Below the pieces are notes generated by a model. That model saw only the letters and a list, made by a program, of their open reading frames with translations, was not told the origin of the DNA and searched no databases. From the human T2T-CHM13v2.0 reference genome, Homo sapiens: a DNA stretch of 64,000 bases. The first letter of the stretch is position 1. Each line of letters begins with the position of its first letter. Shown one piece after another: positions 42,561 through 58,060 of this stretch. The position numbers and the translations under genes were made by a program. The stretch lies in assembly GCF_009914755.1 (NCBI RefSeq), contig NC_060933.1. One strand, 5' to 3'.

Positions 42561-44919
42561 AAAGTTTCCATTCCATTCCATTCCATTCCATTCCTTTCCA
42601 TTCCATTCCATTCCATTTCGTTCCATTCCATTCTATTCCGTATCATTCCATTCCATTGCATTCCATTCCATTCCATTCCATTCCATTCCACTCGTGTTGA
42701 TTCCATTCCTTTCCATTCCATTCGGTTTGAAGGCATTCCATTCCATTCCATTCCATTCCATTCCATTCCATTCCATTCCATTCCATTGTACTCGGGTTGT
42801 GTCCATTCCCTTGCATTCCATTCCGTTCCATTCCATTCCATTCCATTCCATTCCGTTCCATTCCATTCCATTACATTCGGATTGATTCTATTCAATTCCC
42901 TTACACTCCATTACATTCCATTCCATTCGGGTAGTTTCCATTCCATTCCATTCCATTCCACTCCATTCCATTGCACTCGGGTTGATTCCATTCCATTCCA
43001 TTCCATTCCATTCCATTCTATTCCTTTCCGTTCCATTCCATTCCATTCCATTCTATTCGGGTTAATTCCATTCCATTCCTTTCCATTCCATTCCAATCGA
43101 GTTAATTCCATTCCATTGCATTCCATTCCTCTCCATTCCAGTCCTTTCCATTCCATTCCACTCGGGTTGATTCCATTCTATTCCTTTCCATTCCATTCCA
43201 TTGCAATCGAGTTGATTCCATTGCATTGCATTCCATTCCATTCCATTCCGGATGATTCCATTCCATTGCATTCCATTCCATTCCATTCCCCTGCACTCGG
43301 GTTGATTCCATTCCATTCCACTCCATTGCGTTCCATTGCATTCCATTCCATTGTATTCGGGTTAATTCCATTCCATTCTATTACATTCCATTCCATTCCA
43401 TTCCATTACAATCGAGTTGATTCCATTCCATTCCATTCCATTCCATTCCATTCCATTCCATTCCATTCCATTCCACTCGTGTTGATTCCATTCCTTTCCA
43501 TTCCATTCGGTTTGAAGCTATTCCATCCCATTCAATTCCATTCCATTCCTTTCCATTCCATTTCGGATGATGCCATTCCATTGCTTTCCATTCCATTCCA
43601 TTCCCCTGTACTCAGGTTTATTCCATTCCATTCCATTGCAATCCATGCCATTCCACTCGTGTTGATTCCATTCTTTCCATTCCATTCAAGTTGAATCCAT
43701 TCCAATGCATTCCATTCCATTCGATTCCATTGGATTTCACTCGGTTTGATTCCATGGCATTGCATTCCATTCTATTCCATTCCATTCCATTCCATTCCAT
43801 TCCTTTCTATTCCATTCCATTCCATTCGGATTCATTCTAATCAATTCCCTTACACTCCATTACATTACATTCCATTCGGGTAGTTTCCATTCCATTCCAT
43901 TCCATTCCATTCCTCTCCATTCCATTGCACACGGGTTGATTCCATTCCATTCCACTCCATTCCATTCCATTCCATTCCATTCCATTCCATTCCATTCCGG
44001 ATGATTCCATTCCATTGAATTCCATTCCATTCCATTCCCCTGCACTTGGGTTGATTCTATTCCATTCCATTCCTTTCTGTTCCATTCCATTCCATTCCAT
44101 TCTATTCTATTCGTGTTAATTCCATTCCATTCTATTCCATTCCATTCCATTGAAATCGAGTTGATTCCATTCCATTCAATTCCATTCCAGATGATTCCAT
44201 TCCATTGCATTCCATTCCATTCCATTCCCCTGCACTCGGGTTGATTCCATTCCATTCCATTCCATTCCATTCCGTTCCATTCTGTTCCATTCCATTCTAT
44301 TCGGGTTAATTCCATTCCATTCCATTCCAGTCCTTTCCATTCCATTCCACTCGGGTTGATTCCATTCTATTCCTTTCCATTCTGTTCCATTCCATTGCAA
44401 TCGAGTTGATTCCATTCGAGTTGAATCCATTCCATTCCATTCCATTCCATTCCATTGAACACGGGTTCATTCCATTCCATTCCATTCCATTCCATTCCAT
44501 TTCATTGCATTCCATTCTATTCCATACCATTCCATTCCATCCCATTCCATTCCGTTCCATTCCATGCCATTACACTCGGGTTGATTCCATTCCTTTCCAT
44601 TCCATTGTTGTTGAATCCATTCCATTCCATTCCATTCCATTCGAATCCATTCCATTGCACTCGGGTTGATTCCATTCCATTCCATTCCATTTCATTTCAT
44701 TCCATTCCATTCCATTACATTCGGATTGATTCTATTCAATTCCCTTACACTCCATTACATTCCATTCCATTCGGGATGTTTCCATTCCATTCCATTCCAT
44801 TCCACTCCATTCCATTGCATCAGGTTGATTGCATTCCATTCCATTCCATTCCATTCCATTCCATTCCGGATGATTCCATTCCATTGCATTCCATTCCATT
44901 CCATTCCCCTGCACTCGGG

Positions 44920-47900
44920 TTGATTCCATTCCATTCCATTCCATTCCATTCCATTCCATTCCATTCCATTCCTTTCCGTTCCGTTCCGTTCCATTCCATT
45001 CCATTCCATTCCATTCCATTCCGTTCCGATCCGTTCCATTCCATTGCATTCCATTCCATTCTATTCGGGTTAATTCCATTCCATTCCATTCGATTGCAAT
45101 CGAGTTGATTCCATTCCATTCCATTCCATTCCATTCCATTCCATTCCATTCCTTTCCATTCCATTACAGATGATTCCATTCCATTGCATTCCATTCCATT
45201 CCATTCCCCTGTACTCGGGTTTATTCCATTCCATTCCATTCCAATCCATGCCATTCCACTCGTGTTGATTCCATTCTTTCCATTCCATTCAAGTTGAATC
45301 CATTCCATTGCATTCCATTCCATTCCATTCCCCTGCAGTCGGGTTGATTCCATTCCATTCCATTCCATTCCATTCCATTCCAATCAAGTTGATTCCATTC
45401 CATTCCATTCCATTGCATTCCATTCCATTCCACTCCATTCCAGTCCTTTCCATTCCATTCCACTTGGGTTGATTCCAATGTATTCCTTTCCATTCCATTC
45501 CATTCCATTGCAATCGAGTTGATTCCATTGCTTTGCATTCCATTCCATTCCATTCCATTCCGGATGATTCCATTCCATTGCATTCCATTCCATTCCATTC
45601 CTCTGCACTCGGGTTGATTCCATTCCATTCCCCTTCATTCCATTCAATTCCATTCCATTCCATTGTATTCGGGTTAATTCCATTCCATTCCATTCCATTC
45701 CATTCCATTCCATTACAATCGAGTTGATTCCATTCCATTCCATTCCATTCCAGTCCTTTCCATTCCATTCCACTCGGGTTGATTCCATTCTATTAGTTTC
45801 CATTCCATTCCATTCCCTTCCATTGTATTCGGGTTAATTCCATTCCATTCCATTCCATTCCATTCCATTCCATTCCATTCCATTCCATTACAATCGAGTT
45901 GATTCCATTCCATTCCATTCCATTCCAGTCCTTTCCATTCCATTCCACTCGGCTTGATTCCATTCTATTAATTCCATTCCATTCCATTCCCTTCCATTCC
46001 ACTCTTGTTGATTCCATTTCTTTCCATTCCACTCGAATACATTCCCTCCTATTCCACTCGGAACGATTCCATTCCATTCCATTCCATTCCATTCCATTCC
46101 ATTCCATTCCATTCCATTTCGTTCCATTCCATTCTATTCCGTATCATTCCATTCCATTCCATTCCATTCCATTCCATTCCATTCCATTCCATTGTACTCG
46201 GGTTGATTCCATTCCATTGCATTCCATTCCATTCCATTCCATTCCATTCCATTCCATTCCATTCCATTCCATTCCTCTCCATTCCATTGCACTCGGGTTG
46301 ATTCCATTCCATTGCATTCCATTCCATTCCATTCAATTCCATTCCGTTCCATTCCATTCCATTACATTCGGATTGATTCTATTCAACTCCCTTACTCTCC
46401 ATTACATTCCATTCCATTCGGGTTGTTCCATTCCATTCCATTCCATTCCACTCCATTCCATTGCACTCGGGTTGATTCCATTCCATTCCATTCCATTCCA
46501 TTCCATTCCATTCCATTCCATTCCGGAAGATTCCATTCCATTGCATTCCATTCCATTCCATTCCCCTGCACTCGCGTTGATTCCATTCCATTCCATTCCA
46601 TTCCATTCCGTTCCATTCCATTCCTTTCCGTTCCATTCCATTCCATTCCATTCCATTCCATTCCATTCCGTTCCGTTCCGTTCCATTCCATTCCATTCCA
46701 TTCTATTCGGGTTAATTCCATTCCATTCCATTCGATTGCAATCGAGTTGATTCCATTCCATTCCATTCCATTCCATTCCATTCCATTCCATTCCATTCCT
46801 TTCCATTCCATTACGGATGATTCCATTCCATTGCATTCCATTCCATTCCATTCCCCTGTACTCGGGTTGATTCCATTCCATTCCATTCCAATCCATGCCA
46901 TTCCACTCGTGTTGATTCCATTCTCTCCATTCCATTCAAGTTGAATCCATTCCATTGCATTCCATTCCATTCCATTCCCCTGCAGTCGGGTTGATTCCAT
47001 TCCATTCCATTCCATTCCATTCCATTCCATTCCATTCCGTTCCATTTAATTCCATTCCATTCTATTCGGGTTAATTCCATTCCATTCCATTCCATTCCAT
47101 TCCATTCCATTGCAATCAGTTGATTCCATTGCATTCCATTCCATTCCATTCCATTCCATTCCATTGCATTCCGTTCCGTTCTGTTCCGTTCCATTCCATT
47201 CCATTCCATTCCATTCTATTCGGGTTAATTCCATTCCATTCCATTCGATTGCAATAGAGTTGATTCCATTCCATTCCATTCCATTCCATTCCATTCCATT
47301 CCTTTCCATTATATTATGGATGATTCCATTCCATTGCATTCCATTCCATTCCATTCCCCTGTACTCGGGTTGATTCCATTCCATTCCATTCCAATCCATG
47401 CCATTCCACTCGTGTTGATTCCATTCTTTCCATTCCATTCAAGTTGAATCCATTCCATTGCATTCCATTCCATTCGATTCCATTCGATTGCACTCGGGTT
47501 GATTCCAGGGCATTGCATTCCATTCCATTCCATTCCATTCCATTCCATTCCATTCCATTCCTTTCCATTCCATTCCATTCGGATTCATTCTATTCAATTC
47601 CCTTACACTCCATTACATTCCATTCGATTCGTGTAGTTTCCATTGCATTCCATTCCATTCCTCTCCATTCCATTGCACTCGGGTTGATTCCATTCCATTC
47701 CATTCCATTCCATTCCATTCCTTTCCATTCCGGATGATTCCATTCCATTGAATTCCATTCCATTCCATTCCCCTGCACTTGGGTTGATTCCATTCCATTC
47801 CATTCCATTCCTTTCTGTTCCATTCAATTCCATTCCATTCCATTCTATTCGTGTTAATTCCATTCCATTCTATTCCATTCCATTTCCATTGAAATCGAGT

Positions 47901-50900
47901 TGATTCCATTCCATTCCATTCCATTCCATTCCTCTGCATTCCGGATGATTCCATTCCATTGCATTCCATTCCATTCCATTCCCCTGCACTCGGGTTGATT
48001 CCATTCCATTCCATTCCATTCCATTCCATTCCATTCCATTCCGTTCCATTTCATTCTATTCGGGTTAATCCCATTCCATTCCATTTCACTCCATTCCAGT
48101 CCTTTCCATTCCATTCCACTCGGGTTGATTCCATTCTATTCCTTTCAATTCCATTCCATTCCATTGCAATCGAGTTGATTCCATTCGAGTTGAATCCATT
48201 CCATTCCATTCCATTCCATTCCATTGCACACGGGTTCATTCCATTCCATTCCATTCTATTCCAATTCATTCCATTCCATTCTATTCCGTACCATTCCATT
48301 CCATCCCATTCCATTCCGTTCCATTCCATGCCATTACACTCGGGTTGATTCCATTCCTTTCCTTTCCATTCTTGTTGAATCCATTCCATTCCATTCCATT
48401 CCATTCGAATCCATTCCATTGCACTCGGGTTGATTCCATTCCATTCCATTCCATTCCATTTCATTCCATTCCATTCCATTACATTCGGATTGATTCTATT
48501 CAATTGCCTTACACTCCATTACATTCCATTCCATTCGGGATGTTTCCATTCCATTCCATTCCATTCCACTCCATTCCATTGCATCAGCTTGATTGCATTC
48601 CATTCTATTCCATTCCATTCCGGATGATTCCATTCCGTTGCATTCCATTCCATTCCATTCCCCTGCACTCGGTTTGATTCCATTCCATTCCATTCCATTC
48701 CATTCCATTTCATTCCGTTCCATTCCATTCCATTCCATTCTATTCCGGTTAATTGCACTCCATTCCATTCGATTCCATTCCATTCCATTCCATTCCATTG
48801 CAATCGAGTTGATTCCATTCCATTCCATTCCATTCCGTTCCGGATGATTCCATTCCATTCCATTCCATTCCATTCCCCTGCAGTCGGGTTGATTCCATTC
48901 CATTCCATTCCATTCCATTCCATTCCATTCCATTCCGTTCCATTCCATTCCATTCCATTCTATTCGGGTTAATTCCATTCCATTCCATTCCATTCCATTC
49001 CATTCCATTCCATTACAATCGAGTTGATTCCATTCCATTCCATTCCATTCCATTCCACTCCATTCCAGTCCTTTCCATTCCATTACACTCGGGTTGATTC
49101 CATTCTATTCCTTTCCATTCCATTCCATTCCATTGCAATCGAGTTGATTCCATTGCTTTGCATTCCATTCCATTCCATTCCATTCCAGATGATTCCATTC
49201 CATTGCATTCCATTCCATTCCATTCCCCTGCACTCGGGTTGATTCCATTCCATTCCACTCCATTCCGTTCCATTCCATTCCATTCCATTGTATTCGGGTT
49301 AATTCCATTCCATTCCATTCCATTCCATTCCATTCCATTCCATTCCATTCCTTTCCATTCCATTACGGATGTTTCCATTCCATTGCATTCCATTCCATTC
49401 CATTCCCCTGTACTCGGGTTGATTCCATTCCATTGCATTCCAATCCATGCCCTTCCACTCGTGTTGATTCCATTCTTTCCATTCCATTGAAGTTGAATCC
49501 TTTCCATTGCATTCCATTCCATTCGATTCCATTCGATTGCACTCGGGTTGATTCCATTCCATTGCATTCCATTCCATTCCATTCCATTCCGTTCCATTCC
49601 ATTCTATTACTTTCGGATTGATTCTATTCAATTCCCTTACACTCCATTACATTCCATTGCATTCGGGTAATTTCCATTCCATTCCATTCCATTCCTCTCC
49701 ATTCCATTGCACTCGGGTTGATTCCATTCCATTGCATTCCATTCCATTCCATTCAATTCCATTCCGTTTCATTCCATTCCATTACATTCTGATTGATTCT
49801 ATTCAACTCTCTTACTCTCCATTACATTCCATTCCATTCGGGCTGTTCCATTCCATTCCATTCCATTCCACTCCATTCCATTGCACTCGGGTTTATTCCA
49901 TTCCATTCCATTCCATTCCATTCCATTGCATTCCATTCCGGAAGATTCCATTCCATTGCATTCCATTCCATTCCATTCCCCTGCACTCGCGTTGATTCCA
50001 TTCCATTCCATTCCATTCCATTCCATTCCATTCCATTCCTTTCCGTTCCATTCCATTGCATTCCATTCCATTCCATTCCATTCCATTCCGTTCCGTTCCG
50101 TTCCATTCCATTCCATTCCATTCTATTCGGGTTAATTACATTCCATTCCATTCGATTGCAATCGAGTTGATTCCATTCCATTCCATTCCATTCCATTCCA
50201 TTCCATTCCATTCCTTTCCATTCCATTACGGATGATTCCATTCCATTGCATTCCATTCCGTTCCATTCCCCTATAGTCGGGTTCATTCCATTCCATTCCA
50301 TTCCAATCCATGCCATTCCACTCGTGTTGATTCCATTCTTTCCATTCCATTCAAGTTGAATCCATTCCATTGCATTCCATTCCATTCCATTCCCCTGCAG
50401 TCGGGTTGATTCCATTCCATTCCATTCCATTCCATTCCATTCCATTCCATTCCATTCCGTTCCTTTCCGTTCCATTCCATTCCATTCCATTCTATTCGGG
50501 TTAATTCCATTCCATTCCATTCCATTCCATTCCATTCCAATCGAGTTTATTCCATTCCATTCCATTCCATTCCATTCCATTCCACTCCATTCCAGTCCTT
50601 TCCATTCCATTCCAGTCGGGTTGATTCCAATGTATTCCTTTCCATTCCATTCCATTCCATTGCAATCGAGTTGATTCCATTGCTTTGCATTCCATTCCAT
50701 TCCATTCCATTCCGGATGATTCCATTCCATTGCATTCCATTCCATTCCATTCCCCTGCACTCGGGTTGATTCCATTCCATTCCACTCCATTCCGTTCCAT
50801 TCCATTCCATTCCATTGTATTCGGGTTAATTCCATTCCATTCCATTCCATTCCATTCCATTCCATTCCATTACAATCGAGTTGATTCCATTCCATTCCAT

Positions 50901-53900
50901 TCCATTCCATTCCAGTCCTTTCCATTCCATTCCACTCGTGTTGATTCCATTCTATTAGTTTCCATTCCATTCCATTCCGTTCCATTCCACTCTGGTTGAT
51001 TCCATTCCTTTCCATTCCACTCGAATACATTCCCTCCTATTCCACTCGGAACGATTCCAATCCATTCCATTCCATTCCATTCCATTCCATTCCATTCCAT
51101 TCCATTTCGTTCCATTCCATTCTATTCCGTATCATTCCATTCCATTCCATTCCATTCCACTCGTGTTGATTCCATTCCTTTCCATTCCATTCGGTTTGAA
51201 GGCATTCCATTCAATTCCATTCCATTCCATTCCATTCCATTCCATTGTACTCGGGTTGATTGCATTCCTTTGCATTCCATTCCATTCCATTCCGTTGCAT
51301 TCCATTCCATTACATTCGGATTGATTCTATTCAACTCCCTTACTCTCCATTACATTCCATTTCATTCGGGTTGTTCCATTCCATTCCATTCCATTCCACT
51401 CCATTCCATTGCACTCGGGTTGATTCCATTCCATTCCATTCCATTCCATTCCATTCCATTCCGGATGATTCCATTCCATTGCATTCCGTTCCATTACGTT
51501 CCCCTGCACTCGCATTGATTCCATTCCATTCCATTCAATTCCATTCCAGTATAATTCGTTACATTCCATTCTATTCCGTACCATTCCATTCCATTCCATA
51601 CCATTCCATTCCATTCCATTCCTTTGCATTCCGTTCCTTTCCGTTCCATTACATTCCATTCCATTCTATTCGGGTTAATTCCATTCCATTCCATTCCATT
51701 CCATTCTATTCCATTCCATTGCAATCGAGTTGAATCCATTGCATTTCATTCCATTCCATTCCATTCCATTCCATTCCATTCCGGAAGATTCCATTCCATT
51801 GCATTCCATTCCATTCCATTCCCCTGCACTCGCGTTGATTCCATTCCATTCCATTCCATTCCATTCCGTTCCGTTCCATTCCATTCCATTGCATTCCATT
51901 CCATTCCGTTCCGTTCCTTTCCATTCCATTCCATTCCATTCTATTCGGGTTAATTCCATTCCATTCCATTCTATTGCAATCGAGTTGATTCCATTCCATT
52001 GCATTCCATTCCATTCGATTCCATTCGATTGCACTCGGGTTGATTCCATTCCATTGCATTCCATTCCATTCCATTCAATTCCATTCCCTTCCATTCCATT
52101 CCATTCCATTCTATTCGGGTTAATTCCATTCCATTCCATTCTATTGCAATCGTGTTGATTCCATTCCATTCCATTCCATTCCATTCCTTTCCATTCCATT
52201 ACGGATTATTCTATTCCATTGCATTCCATTCCATTCCATTCCCCTGTACTCGGGTTGATTCCATTCCATTCCATTCCAATCCATGCCATTCCACTCGTGT
52301 TGATTCCATTCTTTCCATTCCATTCAAGTTGAATCCATTCCATTGCATTCCATTCCATTCGATTCCATTCGATTGCACTCAGGTTGATTCCATTCCATTG
52401 CATTCCATTCCATCCAATTCCATTCCATTCCATTCCATTCCATTCCATTCCATTCCATTCCATTACATTCGGATTGATTCTATTCAATTCCCTTACACTC
52501 CATTACATTCCATTCCATTCGGGTAGTTTCCATTCCATTCCATTGCATTCCTCTCCATTCCATTACACTCGGGTTGATTCCATTCCATTGCATTCCATTC
52601 CATTCCATTCCATTCCATTCCATTCCGTTCCATTCCTTTCCATTACGTTCGGATTGATTCTATTCAACTCCTTTACTCTCCGTTACATTCCATTCCATTC
52701 GGGTTGTTCCATTCCATTCCATTCCATTCCACTCCATTCCATTGCACTCGGGTTTATTCCATTCCATTCCATTCCATTCCATTCCGGAAGATTCCATTCC
52801 ATTGCATTCCATTCCATTCCATTCCCCTGCACTCGCGTTGATTCCATTGCATTCCATTCCATTCCATTCCATTCCTTTCCATTCCATTCCGTTCCATTCC
52901 ATTCCATTCCATTCCATTCCATTCCTTTCCGTTCCATTCCATTCCATTCCATTCCATTCCATTCCATTCCGTTCCGTTCCATTCCATTCCATTCCATTCT
53001 ATTCGGGTTAATTCCATTCCATTCCATTCGATTGCAATCGAGTTGATTCCATTCCATTCCATTCCATTCCATTCCGTTCCATTCCATTCCTTTCCATTCC
53101 ATTACGGATGATTCCATTCCATTGCATTCCATTCCATTCCATTCCCCTGTACTCGGGTTGTTTGCATTCCATTCCATTCCAATCCATGCCATTCCACTCG
53201 TGTTTATTCCATTCTTTCCATTCCATTCAAGTTGAATCCATTCCATTGCATTCCATTCCATTCGATTCCATTCGATTGCACTCGGGTTGATTCCATTCCA
53301 TTGCATTCCATTCCATTCCATTCCATTCTAATCCATTCCATTCCGTTCCATTCCATTTCATTACATTCAGATTGATTCTATTCAATTCCCTTACACTCCA
53401 TTATATTCCAATCCATTCTGGTTGTTTCCATTCCATTCCATTCCATTTCACTCCATTCCATTGCACTCGGGTTGATTCCATTCCCTTCCATTCCATTGCA
53501 TTCCATTCCATTCCATTCCGGATGATTCCATTCTATTGCATTCCTTTCCATTCCATTCCCCTGCACTCGGGTTGATTCCATTCCATTACATTCCATTACA
53601 TTCCGTTCCATTCCATTCCATTCCATTCGGATTGATTCTATTCAATTTCCTTACACTCCATTACATTCCATTCCATTCGGGTAGTTTCCATTCCATTCCA
53701 TTCCATTCCTCTCCATTCCATTGCACTCGGGTTGATTCCATTCCTTTCCATTCCATTACATTACATTACATTACATTACATTCCGTTCCATTGTACGCGG
53801 GTTGATTCCATTCCATTCCATTCCATTCCATTCCATTCCATTCCATTCGGATTGATTCTATTCAACTCCCTAACTCTCCATTCCATTCCATTCCATTCGG

Positions 53901-55720
53901 GTTGTTCCATTCCATTCCATTCCATTCCATTCCATTCCGTTCCATTCCATTCCATTACATTCGGATTGATTCTATTCAATTCCCTTACACTCCATTACAT
54001 TCCATTCCATTCGGGTTGCTCCATTCCATTCCATTCCATTCCACTCCATTCCATTGCGCTCGGGTTGATTCCATTCCATTCCATTCCATTCCATTCCGGA
54101 TGATTCCATTCCATTGCATTCCGTTCCATTACATTCCCCTGCACTCGGGTTGATTCCATTCCATTCCCTTTCACTCCATTCGATTCCATTCCATTCCAAT
54201 TCTTTCCATTCCTTTCTATTCCGTACCATTCCATTCCATTCCATACAATTCCATTCCATTCCATTCCACTCCGTTCCGTTCCGTTCCGTTCCGTTCCATT
54301 CCATTCCATTCCATTCTATTCAGTTTAATTCCATTCCATTCCATTCCATTCCATTCTATTCCATTCCATTGCAATCGAGTTGAATCCATTGCATTCCATT
54401 CCATTCCATTCCGGAAGATTCCATTCCATTGCATTCCATTCCATTCCATTCCATTCCATTCCATTCCATTCCATTGTACTCGGGTTGATTCCATTCCATT
54501 GCATTCCATTCCATTCCATTCCATTCCGTTCCATTCCATTCCATTACATTCGGATTGATTCTTTTCAACTCCCTTACTCTCCATTACATTCCATTCCATT
54601 CGGGTTGTTCCATTCCATTCCATTCCATTCCACTCCATTCCATTGCACTCGGGTTGATTCCATTCCATTCCATTCCATTCCATTCCGGATGATTCCATTC
54701 CATTGCATTCCGCTCCATTACATTCCCCTGCACTCGGGTTGATTCCATTCCATTCCATTCCATTCCCTTCGATTCCATTCCATTCCCCTGCACTCGCGTT
54801 GATTCCATTCCATTCCATTCCATTCCATTCCATTCCATTCCATTCCATTCCTTTCCATTCCAGTCTTTTCCATTCCATTCCACTCGGGTTGATTCCATTC
54901 TATTAGTTTCCATTCCATTCCATTCCCTTCCATTCCACTCTGGTTGATTCCATTCCTTTCCATTCCACTCGAATACTTTCCCTCCTATTCCACTCGGAAA
55001 GATTCCATTCCATTCCATTCCATTCCATTCCATTCCATTCCATTTCGTTCCATTCCATTCTATTCCGTATCATTCCATTCCATTCCATTCCATTCCATTC
55101 CATTCCATTCCATTCCATTCCATTCCACTCGTGTTGATTCCATTCCTTTCCATTCCATTCGGTTTGAAGGCATTCCATTCCATTCCATTCCATTCCATTC
55201 CATTCCATTCCATTCCATTCCATTGTACTCGGGTTGATTCCATTCCATTGCATTCCATTCCATTCCATTCCATTCCATTCCATTCCATTCGGTTGCATTC
55301 CATTCCATCACATTCGGATTGATTCTATTCAACTCCCTTACTCTCCATTACATTCCATTCCATTTGGGTTGTTCCATTCCATTCCATTCCATTCCATTCC
55401 ACTCCATTCCATTGCACTCGGGTTGATTTCATTCCATTCCATTCCATTCCATTCCACACCATTCCGGATGATTCCATTCCATTGCATTCCGTTCCATTAT
55501 ATTCCCCTGCACTCGCGTTGATTCCATTCCATTCCATTCCATTCCATTCCATTCCATTCCGTTCCGTTCCGTACCATTCCATTCCTTTCCATTCCATTCC
55601 GTTCCGTTCCATTCCATTCCATTCCATTCTATTCGGGTTAATTCCATTCCATTCCATTCGATTGCAATCGAGTTGATTCCATTCCATTCCATTCCATTCC
55701 ATTCCATTCCATTCCATTCC
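44920..55720. repeat. Large recent duplication A, copy 2 (paralog ~17510-28300)
   Basis: Same rare k-mers in the same order as copy 1. Similarity starts just after the cccctg..ctc..gttg module near 44905-44922; upstream flanks differ. Confidence 0.95.
52910..54970. repeat. ~2-kb block, copy 3 (inside duplication A copy 2)
   Basis: See copy 1; carries the consensus base at both sites where copies 1 and 2 have private variants. Confidence 0.92.
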
Positions 55721-58060
55721 TTTCCATTCCATTACGGATGATTCCATTCCATTGCATTCCATTCCATTCCATTCCCCTGTACTCGGGTTGATTCCATTCC
55801 ATTCCATTCCAATCCATGCCATTCCACTCGTGTTGATTCCATTCTTTCCATTCCATTCAAGTTGAATCCATTCCATTGCATTCCATTCCATTCCATTCCC
55901 CTGCAGTCGGGTTGATTCCATTCCATTCCATTGCATTCCATTCCATTCCATTCCGTTCCGTTCCATTCCATTCCATTCCATTCTATTCGGGTTAATTCCA
56001 TTCCATTCCATTCCATTCCATTCCATTCCATTCCAATCGAGATGATTCCATTCCATTCCATTCCATTCCAATCCACTCCATTCCAGGCCTTTCCATTCCA
56101 TTCCACTCGGGTTGATTCCAATGTATTCCTTTCCATTCCATTCCATTCCATTGCAATCGAGTTGATTCCATTGCTTTGCATTCCATTCCATTCCATTCCA
56201 TTCGGGATGATTCCATTCCATTGCATTCCATTCCATTCCATTCCACTGCACTCGGGTTGATTCCATTCCATTCCACTCCATTCCGTTCCATTCCATTCCA
56301 TTCCATTGTATTCGGTTTAATTCCATTCCATTCCATTCCATTCCATTCCATTCCATTCCATTCTATTACAATCGAGTTGATTCCAATCCATTCCATTCCA
56401 TTCCATTCCAGTCCTTTCCATTCCATTCCACTCGGGTTGATTCCATTCTATTAATTTCCATTCCATTCCATTCCCTTCCATTCCACTCTGGTTGATTCCA
56501 TTCCTTTCCATTCCACTCGAATACATTCCTTCCTATTCCACTCCGAACGATTCCATTCCATTCCATTCCATTCCATTCCATTCCATTCCATTCCATTTCG
56601 TTCCATTCCATTCTATTCCGTATCATTCCATTCCATTCCATTCCATTCCATTCCATTCCATTCCATTCGTGTTGATTCCATTCCTTTCCATTCCATTCGG
56701 TTTGAAGGCATTCCATTCCATTCCATTCCATTCCATTGTACTCGGTTGATTCCATTCCATTGCATTCCATTCCATTCCATTCCATTCCGGATGATTCCAT
56801 TCCATTGCATTCCGTTCCATTACATTCCCCTGCACTCGCGTTGATTCCATTCCATTCCATTCCATTCCATTCCATTACAATACGTTCCATTCCATTCTAT
56901 TCCGTACCATTCCATTCCATTCCATACCACTCCATTCCATTCCATTCCATTCCATTCCGTTCCATTCCGTTCCATTGCATTCCATTCCATTCTATTCGGG
57001 TTAATTCCATTCCATTCCATTCCATTCCATTGTATTCCATTCCATTGCAATCGAGTTGAATCCATTGCATTTCATTCCATTCCGTTCCATTCCATTCCAT
57101 TCCGGAAGACTCCATTCCATTGCATTCCATTCCATTCCATTCCCCTGCACTCACGTTGATTCCATTCCATTCCATTGCATTGCATTCCATTCCATTCCAT
57201 TCCGTTCCGTTCCATTCCATTCCGTTCCTTTCCATTCCATTCCATTCCATTCCATTCCATTCCGTTCCGTTCCATTCCATTCCATTCCATTCTATTCGGG
57301 TTAATTCCATTCCATTCCATTCTATTGCAATCGAGTTGATTCCATTCCATTCCCTTCCATTCCATTCCATTCCATTCCTTCCCATTCCATTACGGATGGT
57401 TCCATTCCATTGCATTCCATTCCATTCCATTCCCCTGTACTCGGGTTGATTCCATTCCATTCCATTCCAATCCATGCCATTCCACTCGTGTTGATTCCAT
57501 TCTTTCCATTCCATTCAAGTTGAATCCATTCCATTGCATTCCATTCCATTTGATTCCATTCGCTTGCACTCGGGTTGATTCCATTCCATTGCATTCCATT
57601 CCATTCCATTTCATTCCATTCCATTCCTTTCCATTCCATTCCATTCCATTCCATTGCAATCGAGTTGATTCCATTCCATTCCTTTCCACTCCATTCCATT
57701 GCCTTGCATTCCACTCGGGTTGATTCCATTCCCTTCTTTCCACTCCATTACATTCCCTTCCATTCCACTCGGAATGATTGATTCCATTCCATTCCATTCC
57801 ATTCCATTCCTTTGCAATCCATTCCAATCCATTCCATTCCATTCCATTCCACTCGAGTTGACTTCATTCCATTCCTTTCCATTCCATTCCATTCTTTTCC
57901 ACTCGAGTTGATTCCATTCCATTCCATTCCATTGCATTCCATTCCATGCCATTCCACTCGGGTTGATTCCATTCCTTTGCATTCCATTCCATTCCATTCC
58001 GTTCCATTCCATTCCATTCCATTCCATTCCTTTCCGTTCCATTCCATTCGATTTCATTCC
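55600..58060. repeat. ~2.46-kb HSat3 segment present in the second large copy but absent from the first
   Basis: Offset jumps from 27419 to 29884 (2465 bp). The segment is flanked by two copies of the same ~300-bp module and carries private variants (ccaggcct, ctccgaacga, ggaatgattg, cgcttgcact). Confidence 0.85.
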
